Assembly: GCA_964252035.1 (NCBI GenBank)
Contig: OZ176200.1
Source of the DNA: Podarcis erhardii
Lineage: Eukaryota
DNA: 64,000 nucleotides
Reading direction: 5' to 3' (one strand)
Part shown: piece by piece, positions 24,471 to 37,310 of the stretch
How positions within the stretch are numbered: the stretch's first letter is position 1
Layout: the number at the start of each line of letters is the position of its first letter
Notes under the pieces: model-generated
Seen by the model: the letters and a program-made list of their open reading frames with translations, nothing else
What the model was told of the DNA's origin: nothing
Databases searched by the model: none
Program-made: the position numbers and the translations under genes

Positions 24471-26338
24471 TTCATTGTGACTGACTCTTGTTTCACATGT
24501 ACAGACATGCTGTGAGTTGCACATTCATTCTGGTTCTGTTGAGCCAGAATGACATTTCAAAAGCCTTCCACAGACTCTATCTTCTACATATTCTAAGAGG
24601 GCCGAAGGTATCTCTATACTGTAGTCAAGCATGTGACTCTATAGCTTTCTCCTACAGAACAGTTACAGATCCACTATGTGAACAGATTTGGTAACAATGC
24701 CTGTCATCTTTGCTAGCAAGCTGAACAAGGCACTTGAGGTGCTATCAGCAAAGCCCACAAGAGCCTGCTGTACAGGCTCTTGAGGACGCAGGTTGAGCAC
24801 TGAGCTATATGATATTCCAGATATGGACTAGCTGCTTTTGGAGTTGCTTGTTTCCCAGTCACTCATTGGTACTGAGCCATTAATCCTAGCCAGCCTAGCT
24901 AATCCATGATGAAATATATACTCTTGGTAACTGGCTTTCCTTTAATGCTCCTGCCTCCCTCCCTCCCTCCTCTTGCTGTGTCCCTGGCAAGGGTGCCCAT
25001 CTGAAGCTGTAAATCAGAGGATTGCAATGCAAGTAATGGAGAATGTGTTGAATTTTTCCTTAATGGACAATATAGTACTTCATTTGTCTGTGTACGCCCA
25101 CTGTGCAAGAGAACTTGAGTTTCAAGTTAGAAAGCCTGAATTGTTTGGAGCTGGAGAAATATGATATCACTCCCAATGATAGCAGTACACTGAAAGAGGA
25201 GAAAAACCCACACTGGAGTTTTTGTGAGACTTGCTGTTTGGAACACATCTCACGTATACATTTACATCCATTGCTGCTTGCTGTATACATATATATATTA
25301 AGTGTATATATGCATGGCTGTCCTAAATGATGTTCTCCTTTTTGATTGGGTAGATATAAAATGAGATATATGTGGATGCCTTCATTCAAATGCTTTGTTG
25401 ATATACAAGTTATACATATAGGCATCTACATATATGGTGTATGTTATTTGTGATATACAATGCCATTCGTATGCAATGTTTCGAATCCTTCTTGTCTCAT
25501 GATCATGATCTTTGCAGATGCCATCTCTACCTTGTGGCAAAAACTCTGACATAAGATGACATACATTATCTATTCATTCATTGCTGTTCTTCAAACATCC
25601 TGGTAATGGGATGGGGATGCTGCGGTCATTTGCTACCAAGGTTCTCTCTATTGGGTTGTTCTCTTGGGCTTGTAAAGAGAAAATGGGAAGTTGCTATGTT
25701 TCAGTTTCTGCACTAACCCTATACTCTCACAAAAAGCCATAAATGGGAAGGATGGTGATGATTTATTGAAGAAAAGAGGAGATGGAAACGTGGATATGTC
25801 ATCCCTGTAGATATTTTCTAAGGGATGTTCCACAAAGAAGAAAAGAGGCAGAAAGATCACGGTCCTGTGAAATTACCAGATGCATTCCAGAGACAGTTAC
25901 CAGTCCTCCAGTCCTGCTATGTAACATAAGCACCTAATTCCTTGCCAGTGGGACTATGACTGGTTGCTGCTTCATCACAGGCTCAGTACAGCATCTGAAT
26001 ACACATCTGTAGTTATATCCTTGCTACTGGTGCAAACTTAATAGGCTAAATGTCAGGCCAAGATTTAAGCTGGAGAAGCTGGGGGCATGATTTTCTTGAA
26101 ATATGGATCTGACCTGCTGAAAACATTATCAGTGTGAAGTAAGTTGTCCACAAAAGCTACTTAAAACAACTTCAGCCAACCTTGCTTGCCACACACCTAT
26201 TAGCTGTAGTCAATGCTGGGAACATTAATAACTTGAGAGATAACAAATGTCTTTGACTCGTTGTGCTGAGTTTAGTAGTTTGGTGCAAACACAAAGCAAG
26301 GTGTTAGAGTTGGCTGTAGAGTTGCTGTAGCTCCAGCA

Positions 26339-26474
26339 CAGGCACAGGCAAACTCGGTCCTCCAGATGTTTTGGGACTACAACTCCCATCATCCCTGACC
26401 ACTGGTCCTGTTAGCTAGGGATGATGGGAGTTGTAGTCCCAAAACATCTGGAGGGCCGAGTTTGCCTATGCCTG
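26339..26474. mobile_element. hAT-type palindromic MITE (136 bp)
   Basis: 58-bp arms with 2 mismatches; 8-bp TSD ctccagca / ctctagca. Confidence 0.92.
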
Positions 26475-27117
26475 CTCTAGCAGGTGGTCCTGTTTCGGGA
26501 TAGTGTAGAAGAGTCCTCTCAGCTACATGCAAACCTTTGAGAGTTAACATTGTTGGAAGAGCTTGCCAAGCTTTCCCCTGAGGAAATCCAGTCTTTGCCA
26601 CTGAATCAGAGCAAACATCAACCAGGTTTTCTCTGGACAGACGTTTCCTCTGATTTTTCACTAAAGAATGGGTTTTCTATGGGAAAGTGGTGAGACAAGG
26701 GGGGAAATGCTCAGACCCATGCTTTTCTAGGCATGGGACAAGTGCAAGCCTGGATGGAGCCCTAAGTGCCTCAGCCTTCCATTTTATAGATCCACTGCTC
26801 CACTTGCCTTAAGAAATCACACACTACTGAAGAGAGGACAATCTTTGTCTCTTCTCAACAGAGAAGCTGTCTGAGACGGGGGTGGGGGGCTGCTACTGGC
26901 AGCTGCATTCCTGTGGTTTCAGCACACCAATCACCCTGAGTATTTCCAGCCATACATGTATATAGCTAGGATTCAGTTTCAACCCTGTTTAGCTATAAAC
27001 TGGTATTTAAAAACAAACCTGGAAATGCCTGGATTTCTTCTCCTTTACATTTAATCCACCCTTTTATGTTCTGTTTTGTTGATGCATTTCTTTCACTCTC
27101 TGTATTTTTGACAACAG

Positions 27118-27210
27118 CGCGCTCTCCACCAGGACTGGCTAAAACTCCGCTTTCAGCACTGGGCCTGAAACCTCACAACCCAGCAGAGATCTTGTTGCAG
27201 CAAACAGGAG
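27118..27210 (+). CDS. TNS1: TNS1 exon (93 nt, phase 1-1): [31 protein letters not shown]
   Basis: acaacag| acceptor and GAG|gtaagt donor; conserved peptide. Too short to appear in the ORF track. Confidence 0.95.
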
Positions 27211-28284
27211 GTAAGTAAGAGTAGTATAGTGATGGAGAGACTGGTGCTATGGAGAATAGCAGCATCATTGGATATTATGATAAGTCTTTTGTACAGCCCA
27301 CTGTCCTGTTGCCAAGATAGAAGGCCCATGAAGTTTGTATTAAGTAGTTTTAAAGATACCCACTGCACACAGACTTTAAAATAGATTTTATCTCTGGAGT
27401 ATAAGCATATATTTTATTCCTTCAGTTACACTGCATCAGTTGTTTTAGCAAATGGCATTGCTGTTCTCACAATCACTTTCCAAATCTTACCAAGCCCTGA
27501 CCTTGATATTGCCTTAAGGTGGTGATTTCCATCAGCCAGCATCATTTTCTGTGCTCTAGAAAAGTGCTTCCTTTCCTCAGTTCTGCTCTTGCCAATTTTG
27601 TATTTTTAATGTGCAGCCTTAAGTTGCTTGTGTAATGAGCCTCCTGTTCATTTTCATTCATCATTTTTAATTATGGATGACAAGGAGAGATAAATCTTAT
27701 TTACAGAGCTGAGGCAGATTTGAAAAAAAGTACAAATCTGATTTGAACTTCTTCTTTTTGTCTATCTTGGATTCCAAATGTCGCAGAATTTGGATTTCAA
27801 CCATAAGGCTCAAATTTTGGAGGCACATTCTGCAGTTTGCACTGAGTATGAAAGTCTGGCTCCAGTTTTTCTGTACAAATTCAATCAAGTGTGAATCTTC
27901 TATGGCCCTTATCCAACTCAAATAATCTGCAACTAATTGCATGTAATAACTAGTGGTGTCTGGATAGGGAACCACATCCCCATATGCTTCAAAAGACACA
28001 AACAGATCATTCACTGTGGCTCAAATAAGTATTTCATTGGGGATACAGATGAAGACACAAATGCAGTCTTCCATATGTAACTCTTCCTTGCAGATTTGAG
28101 GCACGTATATTTAATTTTAAAAGGAATGGCATCTCTCAAATTTCCATATCTGGGATTTACACTTACATGCAGATTATAAATTGTAGGATTATTCAGTGTG
28201 ACTCTGCATATAATATTCAGTGTTGTTACAGTCTTTTAAATTACACAGATCTTGAGTGCTTGTTGCAGTAACTGAAATATGCTG

Positions 28285-28423
28285 GATTCAGGTAGGTAGC
28301 CATGTTGGTCTGATGCAATCAAAATAAAAAAATATAAAATTAAAAAAATTGTCCAGTAGCACCTTAGAGTTGGTCTCTTAGTTGGTCTCTAAGGTGCTAC
28401 TGGACATTTTTAAAAATTTATTT
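28285..28423. mobile_element. Penelope-like (PLE) derived inverted insertion
   Basis: caggtaggtagccatgttggtctga...gtccagtagcaccttagag followed by its inverse; 12-bp direct repeat tgaaatatgctg on both sides. Confidence 0.75.
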
Positions 28424-29545
28424 TGAAATATGCTGCTGAGTTTAAATTTCTCCAGTGGAATATATGTCATCCCACTCTTTAACATAAAATGTTTAGGCCC
28501 CAGAATGCTTCTACATTTTTTAAACTGAGTAAGTTTTACACTTGCCAGTGGCTCAATAGCGGAGCTGCCTGCTCGGGTGGGGCAGCCATGTAAACTGAAC
28601 TGGGATTCCTGAAGGGTAAGAATAATAAACATATTATGACAAACTGTCACAGGAATGATAGTGATTGCAATCAAGAAGCAAACTAGGAGATGTGAGATAA
28701 ACTCCCACAGCGGAAGGGTAGGGAATGAGCCCCAATCATGACAGTTTACAGTCTAAACCGAATATTCAGGTGCAGAGTCAATATTTGCAGAGGTTTACAT
28801 AAGCATGTGAGCTGCCTGCTACAGATTTTTTCACAAGCATGAACTTGCTAACCTGGCTCAAGCTGAAGCTGATTAGGAAAAGTAGAAACTGAGTCCTAAG
28901 CAAGCCTGAAATGCATTTTTTTCAAGGTTATCCATCCATCAGTATAAACAGCCACTTTCTGGACAGTACTTCATGCTATAGAAGGCTATTGAACATATCA
29001 GTCCTTTTAAGAACAACAACTGCAGAGTAAGAGGCTTGTAGTTAATACTAGAGACCACGATCAGTGTATTGCATAATGAGAAGCTATCAGGCTTTGCACA
29101 TGTCCAGTTTGAGGAGGCATTCATTGGAGCAGATTGGACAGTTTTCGTGAATGTTGCATCTCAGAGCTTGCATGGGGTGGAGGTGGGGACTCTAGGCTAG
29201 AAGTCTTCCGTTTGACTCATAAATGTTCCATGTGTAGAGAGATCCTTGGCATCGGAACATTTTTAAACAAGCACTCTCCCCCATGAGGTGATATTGTTGC
29301 TCCCCCCCCCCCCAGTCAGGATTCACTCACATGCCCATAAATTCAGGATGTGCAATTATAGTTAATTGGGAGGTCTTGCACAATATACTCACTTCTCCAA
29401 AAGACTGGGCTGTATGTGATAAAGAAAGCGATGGAAAATTCACTGGAATGTGTGGAATAACACTTGGTGTCATCTCACTTCCACCTCTCCTTGTATGTAT
29501 TCTCTGTGATTTAAGCAACTGGGTCTCTTGCTCTAGCAAGATCTT

Positions 29546-29785
29546 AATAATAGCCTGCTGGATCAAATCAATGGCTCATCTAGTCCAGCATCCTGTTCTC
29601 ACAATGGCCAACCAGATGCCTGCTTGGAAACCAGGGAGCAGAACGTGAGCACAAGAGCACTCTCCCTGCCCATGGTTTCCAACAACTGGTATTCGGAAGC
29701 GTTACTGCCTCCAACTGGGAAGGTTGGATTGCCTTCTCTTTGATAGCCTTCTACATGAATTTGACTAATCCTCTTTCAAAGCCAA
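29546..29785 (-). mobile_element. CR1 LINE 3' fragment
   Basis: gcctgctggatc...catctagtccagcatcctgttctcaca..tggccaaccagatgcc...catgaatttgactaatcctcttt. Confidence 0.75.
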
Positions 29786-30269
29786 ATCTTGTGTGGTTAT
29801 GCCCGTTGGTTTCCCAAATGTCTCTAAACATTTATTGCTTTTATCTGCAGAATATGAACACCTGGCTGAAGGGGGGTATAGTGTAAAAATCTAGCTATGT
29901 GCCATCTTAGAGACTAAATAGGCTCTTTCTTTTCATTTTCTACTGACTCTCAGGCTAAGCGCTAGGTCTCTGAGTTGGTTGAAGAGCAGTACAGAGTTCC
30001 TTTTTAACAAGGCCATTTCCTAATAATGTTTTTCAGGCATTCGGGAACCTTAAACGTAGATTTGTGGTGTTTATGGTGGTTCACATTGGTCATGATTTAG
30101 ACCAGAAACAACCTCTTCTGATGTTTACAGTTGCTTAACATAAGAAATCCTGCTAATCTCTCTCTCTCTCTTTTCTTTGTATGTCTCCTCCTTCTCTCCA
30201 TTTTCATTACCTTGCCATTGTCCATCTTTTCCTTCCCAAACACTTATTTCTTCCATGCTTGCCCCTCAG

Positions 30270-30305
30270 AACTAGATGGGGAGACAGTAGTTGAATCTGA
30301 TGAAG
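30270..30305 (+). CDS. TNS1: TNS1 microexon (36 nt, phase 1-1): ELDGETVVESDE
   Basis: gcccctcag| acceptor and AAG|gtaagg donor. Aligns with the chicken tensin segment ELEGEAGADSEEEPRSY as I recall it. Confidence 0.8.
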
Positions 30306-31789
30306 GTAAGGAGGGAATTGTTTTCATTTTATATGAACTATTTGGCAAACAACAATATGCCAGCAGGCCACTGTTCGTCCCAGTGGCCACAAGGAAGCTG
30401 CTGGGCTTGTGTGTGGTCAGAAGAGTTGAAGACCAAAACATTTCCCTCGCAGAATTTTGCTGCACCACAGATTGCCCTAGAGCTGCTGTACATGGAAACT
30501 GCAAATAAATGAGAGCAAAGACATTAGCAAGGAGTTGCTTACTTTTCTAATAACAATAGGTCCAGCTTCCCTGATACATGTGTGCTAATACAAAGACATT
30601 TCTCCTTTAGAATTTCTTGCAAAAAAGCAGATTTCCTGAGCCACTTCTGCCAAACTATTTATAAGTGTCATTATTTTGACATTTACTGGTGGCAGAGGTG
30701 GCATTTTTGGAGATTGCATCAATCTCGGTGAATTACGATTCTGAGTATCATTTCTGAATATCGTGTGAGATTCCTATGCAAGTATACATAGACGTAATCC
30801 CTGTTGAGTTCAAGGGGACATCTTTCCAAGTAACTGCATAGGACTGCAGCTGGATGCCTGATAGAAACGTTATCTGTCCAGCATGGGAACAAAATCCAGA
30901 TAAATCAAATCTCAGGCTAATCTGTGGACATACGAAAACAGGAACCTTGAGGCATAGACACAATTACATGGTTGCTCCTCATGCTACTATCACCTGGCAG
31001 GTGGTACTAGGCATTTTCAGGTTGACACGGGACCAGAGGTATACATTTGCCACAAAGGTAAAGCCTGAATTTTGCAAAGGCATTTTGCTTCTTCTAGTCA
31101 TGCTTACATACTTACATACTTACATACTACATTACTTAGTGCCACAGAGGATCTCTTTCCTACTCTCCTTTCTTCCCTTTCTCCTTCTTTCCTTCTGATA
31201 CAGAAGTGACTCGGTTGATGCTGGAATAATATTTAGTGCTCTTCATTTGTCTGTTTGTTAAATTTTGCACCTCACCATATCCCAGAATTGGGTTTGAATC
31301 TCAAAAGAACTTTTTGAAGGTATGAGAAGGTATGCCACATCCTTGCAGGCAGCATTTTTTAGGCAGCATTTTGTTGCATCACAAGCAAATTATGATCTCG
31401 TTTCCTTTCTGCCTAATCCCTACTTGTAGCAACAGCAACTACTAGCAACAACAATCTATTGCTGCAAAGTGAGAACTAATCTGTTCATGAAACTGAGTCC
31501 CTGAGATTTTAAGCACTATATGAAGCTGTAAATTCTGCAGTCTCAGCAGAAAACACATGTAAGGTGGGGGGGGGGAGTGGTTTTTTAACCCTTTGATCTC
31601 TGATAGTTATATGTTGAAAATTTTACCCACCAGCTTTCCAAAAGTCATGAGTAAACTGGAAATGGTTAAACTGAAAGGCCCCCTTCTTTAATATGGGTCT
31701 TCTACAGCCCCATTTTGTAGAAAGAAATTAAAACAGGGATGCAAGCACTGTATTACAACTCAACTTTGTGTGCCGTTTGCCCCTAAGGT

Positions 31790-31925
31790 AGGACTGGAGA
31801 ACATGTAAACCCCCCAGATGTTGTTGGACTCCAACTCCCACCATCCCTGACCCACTGGCCACACTGACTGGGGCTGATGGGAGCTGGAGTCCAGCAACAT
31901 CTGGATGTTCTTCATCTCTACCCCC
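31790..31925. mobile_element. Palindromic hAT-type MITE, diverged
   Basis: ccagatgttgttggactccaactccca...tgggagctggagtccagcaacatctgg. Confidence 0.8.
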
Positions 31926-32476
31926 AGATACTTGTCTCCTGCTACCCCAATAAGCATTTAGGCACTGCTCCATAACTGTGCAGAGGTCCTGCATTCCCAG
32001 TACTTCCCAAAATATGTGCAACTACTGACCTTTAGGGAGTGAAAATAAGCAGAAAGCCAAGGAGAGAGTTCACAAGTTTAAAATGCTGTTTGGGACAGAA
32101 CCCAGCTGGTGTGAACCATAGCCTTTTGGAGGGCTGCTACATGTTTAGATATCTCAAACAAACCCAACTGGAATCCAAAACATTATCTGAACAGGATGTA
32201 CAGCTTTTTCTAGGTAAAATAGAGATGAAACTTGAGCAAGATGTTTATAGGGACTACCAGTCCTTGCTGGTTAGGCAATATTCAGTTTGCGCTGCTGGTC
32301 AGTGCAAGCTCATCCCCACCCCCACCCCTAGTAGTCTCTGTAATATCGTCTCACCTTTGGAATTGTTTGTTATGTGTAGTTTTTGCAGTTCAGATTACGT
32401 TTGGGAAGGCTGCTGTCCCTTCCCCAGTACACTCTTCTTGTTAGTCTAATCTGTTAGTCTAAAAGCACACAGCCTA

Positions 32477-32554
32477 AGATCACACTTTTCAGTTTATGCA
32501 TTAAATCAGTTTCAGATCACACTTTTCAGTTTATGCATTAAATCAGTTTCAGAT
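32477..32554. repeat. Perfect tandem duplication, period 37
   Basis: agatcacacttttcagtttatgcattaaatcagtttc twice, plus agat. Confidence 0.95.
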
Positions 32555-34301
32555 TTTTTTCAAAAAAAATACCCTCTACTTATATTGAGGCAATTATTAT
32601 TTTAATATACAGTTTATTGAAGATTTTGTTTCCCCCCCCATATGCATCATACAAACAAGGAATGCATCCCTTGATAAAACCAACCTGTGCTTTGAGAACT
32701 GCTGCAATGGTGGTGGGTGATGGGTGGGCGGGCGCTCTGCTCATGGTGCTACCAGTTGATGAGATCTTTGGTGCAGCTATCATTAGCAGAGATTTCTTGG
32801 TAATGGCTCCCATACATTAAATAATGTATGTTAAGTCTGCATAGAGTCCTCGTGTTCTTTAATCTACCACTGCTTCTTTTGGTTCTTAGACTCTTGTAAC
32901 ATAGTGCTAGCAAGACGTGTGTCTGTGTGTGTGTGTGTATCTGGAAATATGGGCTATAGGAGATTGTAACTTGTGACGTCAGAATGGTTGTTTCATGTCC
33001 CCCAGCCTCATAGGAGTGTCTCTTGAGACTCTCCCTGTTTATTTCCTACAGCAGAACGAAATGTTTTCTTGCTTCACATAAATACAGAGAGGATATTTTT
33101 AGATTTTGTTTGATATGGCACAGGACTTGGAACTTTACCAAGTGATTCTTGCATGTCATCCAAGAGTTCCATTCTCTCCTAGGTTTAGCATTTACAAATG
33201 GTTTGTTAATGCTAATTTTTCAATATCACTCAGATAATTTGCACACAGCTGGGCTTGAGAATTTAGCATACGCGCAGGCTTTTATGATGTGTGAGCAAGA
33301 CTATAGCAATAGAGAGGGATGCATTATACAGCAGAAGGAAAAAATATTCACAAAGGGAGACAAAGACATGAGATACAACAATTTTACAGTCCTTTATCCC
33401 TGAACTTCCTGGTTTGGGGGGAAGAGATTCCCCACAATTTAACAGAAATTCTTGGCTTTTTTAGGGAGCTTCCCATTAGCCTTCTGCAAGTTAACTTGTG
33501 GATACAGAGCCATGCCATTTTTAGTTAGGGAGGAGTGCATGAAGTGTGTATCTATAACAGATGAAATCACTTTAAGTAGCAAAACAGCCTATTATATGTT
33601 TTGCAAGTCTTTTGAGGCTGCAGTTCAGCCCAGTACCAAGACAGCCAAATGTCCATGGCCTCTCTTGGTTCGGTCAAGATTGTTGTTCTGGGCTTTTGCC
33701 TTGTGGAATGTTCAGTATGAAGAGGGCAGACCAGCCTTCTTTATCATCATTCCATTCCATTCCTTCCTGCCTTGGTGGGCTTGGTTAACTGGCAAACACT
33801 CCTTTGGACACAACAGATAGGGCTTCGCCACCGGATTTGTCTGGCCAGTTTAGAAATCCAACTTCCATCTTCATAAAACCTGGCCCATGTTTATCTGTTT
33901 TCCAGATTAGAAGGGTTAAAAGTAATCTCAAAGTCCTGTTTACATACATTTTACTCCACCAATTACAAGGCTCAGAAGAAGATTGCCTAATTAATTACCT
34001 TGAATACCTTGCCCAACTGTGGAGCGGCTGCAACGTTGTTCCTAGTTTCCCCTCTGGTGTATCTTGGGACATATTTCATGCATTAAGGTGTTTGACAACC
34101 TGTTGGAAGGAAAGTGAATGTTTTGACAGTAAAGGGTAGAACCAGCATTTCTATTCCCTGAAGTTACATGGATTTGAAAGTGAGTACTGTAAGTGGTGAT
34201 AATATAGCCTTTTAAACTGGGGGTGGGGGGGTATTGTTTGCTGCTATCGTATATAGTTTGTGTTTTTATATTGTAAACCTTCCTGTGATCCTCTGTTGAA
34301 G

Positions 34302-34303
<2 letters not shown>

Positions 34304-34346
<43 letters not shown>
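34304..34346. repeat. (TAA)n microsatellite, ~14 units
   Basis: Read directly from the sequence. Confidence 0.97.
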
Positions 34347-34347
<1 letters not shown>

Positions 34348-35692
34348 GGATCCTTTTTATTACACATTCATAATGATCTGTGTTCATGATGCTATTGGGG
34401 GCAGTCACACACAATCATGCTTTCAACTTGTTAAAACCTGCCATGGGATCTGCTGGTGAAAGGCAGGTAATAATACTATTTGCAACTGCAAAATTTTGGA
34501 GTGATCGCAGTTTCATTTCTAATCAGTGCACATCCTGCAACTTGCTGCTGAAATCTCTTAACATTTTATGCCACAAATGTTCTGGTTGGTTTTTGTCCAT
34601 CTTTTGTTGCACTATAGCTCCTCCAGACAGCAATAATGTGTTGACATTGGGGAAGTATTGCAGAAGAAACTAAAGCAGAATAAAGCCACCGACATACTGC
34701 AGAATGCACCTTCAATAAAACACCAATCTGGAGGGGGCCCTCTCACCAGTTTTAGCCTCACACAAGAAGAGAGGAATGTTGTTACTAAAGGATATGGAAC
34801 TCAGTTGTTGTGTGTAAAGAAGCTGATGGAACCCAGTGTTCAGCACTAAGAAGAAAGAGCAGATTGAAGTAGATGCCCATTCACAAATGCTATATATATA
34901 GGTCATTGTGGGTAGGACAAGAGGAAATGCTTCTAAATTGTATAGTAAGAGGCTGTAATTAAAAATCCAGGATGATTTCCACCCTATCCCTCATTATGTA
35001 AGTTCCCAGAGGAAGTTGCCCTACATGGTTTACATCTAAGAAGGTGGTGGTGGATGAGGAAGGAGAAAAGCTGAATTTGCAGTGCAAGAGTCTGTCAGAG
35101 ATTATTGATATTTACTTAAGTGTACGCAGTGACATTCTTCTGTATGCAGTACATCCTGACCAGCTATTGTGTGCAATATTGTAATGACAAGGAAGATGTG
35201 CCCACAGGTCAGCCACAGCAACTCTACATGTCGGTGATTTTGGAGGTTCTGCACTTTTATCAAGCCTCTATACTAACACAGATCCTGCAGTTCTATCTCA
35301 GCATGGTTCAGGTCATCTGTTACATTCTCTCAACAATAGCATTGTGCACAGGGGAGTTTGGCCATGTGAATCCAGCCCTTGCATTGTAAGATCATGAAGC
35401 AGAAGGCCCCAATGGCCCTTCCATTCTCTGGTTTTCAGGAGGGGGAGAAATTACTCTGATTTGCTGTAGGGACCAAAATGGTGCGTAACTTTGATTTTAG
35501 TAATTTGGACTGCTGCTAGCATGATATATGTGTTTTATGAGCTTAGTTGTAACCTGCTTTGAGTTTATCTTACAATACAAAACAATGTATACATATTCAA
35601 AATAAATTATGCTAATTGGAAATATTGGTTGTAAAAGCCCCACACCTTGAGGCACCTCAGTCATCATCTTCTCTCTTTCCACCTCATTTCAG

Positions 35693-35888
35693 AGCCCCGG
35701 AGCTATGTGGAATCTGTGGCCCGTACAGCAGCAAGTGGTGGCAGCGGCAGTTCTGTTGGGAAGCCCCAGGCACCCCTGGCTCCGCAGGCCTATAACACTG
35801 AGACACCAGTGAGGAATGGATCTTTCCCCAACTCCTTTGTTTCACCAAGCCCTGTCGCTGCCAGCAGTCCAATGCACAGCATGGATGG
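35693..35888 (+). CDS. TNS1: TNS1 exon (196 nt): EPRSYVESVARTA...SSPMHSMDG
   Basis: catttcag| acceptor and TGG|gtaagg donor; conserved peptide. Confidence 0.95.
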
Positions 35889-36892
35889 GTAAGGAAAGAC
35901 AGCTGTAGTTTACCATTCTCAACAGGCTGATGATGGCAGATGCTGCTGAACTATGCAGGACTTCACTGTGACAGCTAGCAATAGGACTGCAGCCCTTTTG
36001 CTTACATATATAGACTCTTTGATGCATGATCTTGGGAGGCTGCTTTCCCCAAATAGAAGACACAGGGCCATTCCAGCTCATACTTTTGGTGTCAACTGAT
36101 CAGGAAAGCATTTGTGCTGCAGGGAGATTTCATGTTCACTCATTATAGGTTCTTCTGCCCTTTCTTGTATCACTCATGGATTTGAGCAGGGATGGGCAAT
36201 CTTTTTTCCTATTGAGGGCCAGATTACCTCAAGAGTGATCTGTTGAGGGCCACATCCTAGTGGCCAGAGTTTATATTGGGCCCAGAGGCAGAAGTATACT
36301 GTAATAAAGAAACTCCCCCACTTCAGTTTTCTCCATCATAGGGGATAGGCACTTTATGATGGTTCTTCCACTTCCTTAAGTCACATCATTGGACTTATCA
36401 CATGGTTGTTCACTGTGATAATTGCTTCTTGCCACCTCAGGCAGAATAGAGCCAGGCTGGGAGGAGATAAGAGGCTATGATCTTTGTTGGCAAAATACAA
36501 GAAGCCTGAATGTATGAAAGTGCCTTTAAAAGGCCACCCCCCCCATGGTTATCCATGAGGGAATGTGGCTCTTAACTTGAAAAAGGTTTCCCACCCTCAG
36601 TGTAGATATACAGCTTTGTATACTTATGTGTGGATGGTAAGATGTTTCTGTACGCATAGGTGAGATGTTTATCTTAATAGTCATTTGTCGACCTGGTATA
36701 TAAGTGAACTTGGAAGAATTTATTGTGGATGGAATAAAGAAAGCTAAGATAAATAGAGTATGACACCAGTTTTTCTTGTGGGGTGGACGGGCCATTCCTT
36801 TTAGGAAGGTGATCACAGAAGAGGTGCCCATTGGTATATTAATCAAATTTTCAGAAATGCAACTGAATTTCGAATTCTTATCACATCTGGAA

Positions 36893-37058
36893 AAGCCACT
36901 GTATTGAGTCAGATCATTGGCACTTGCTGCTCATCACTGTCTGGACTGACTGGCTCAAAGCACAGAGGTATTTTCCAATCCTACTTGGAGGTGCTGGGAA
37001 TTGAACCAGGAACCTTCTGCATTCAAAACATGAGCTCTATTGCTGACCTGTAGCCTCT
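36893..37058 (-). mobile_element. tRNA-derived SINE (Squam3-like)
   Basis: gtattgagtcagatcattgg...gggaattgaaccaggaaccttctgc. Confidence 0.75.
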
Positions 37059-37310
37059 CCAAATAGTTTTATTTATTTTATCAGGTTGCAGGCCAGACTT
37101 TCATGTTTTCTACTATGCTAGGTGCTCTTGTTTATGACAGTTCATGCCACAATAAACCAATGCGCACAGAATATGTATGTTACCTTACTCTCTTTACAGT
37201 CATTTTTCCTCAGAAAAAAAACACATTTCCCTTTACTGTATTCTATGCATTGAATGATCTAGCTTACAAAGGACAAGCTTGCCATGGACTGCACTAAACA
37301 GTGTCATCAC

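Noticed and set aside
29851-29880. Microexon candidate EYEHLAEG after ttatctgcag
   Set aside because: The acceptor is good, but the first donor gives 25 nt (frameshift) and the in-frame one (A|gtgtaa) is very weak.
31021-31038. 18-nt AG...GT segment as a microexon
   Set aside because: It contains an in-frame TGA in phase 1.
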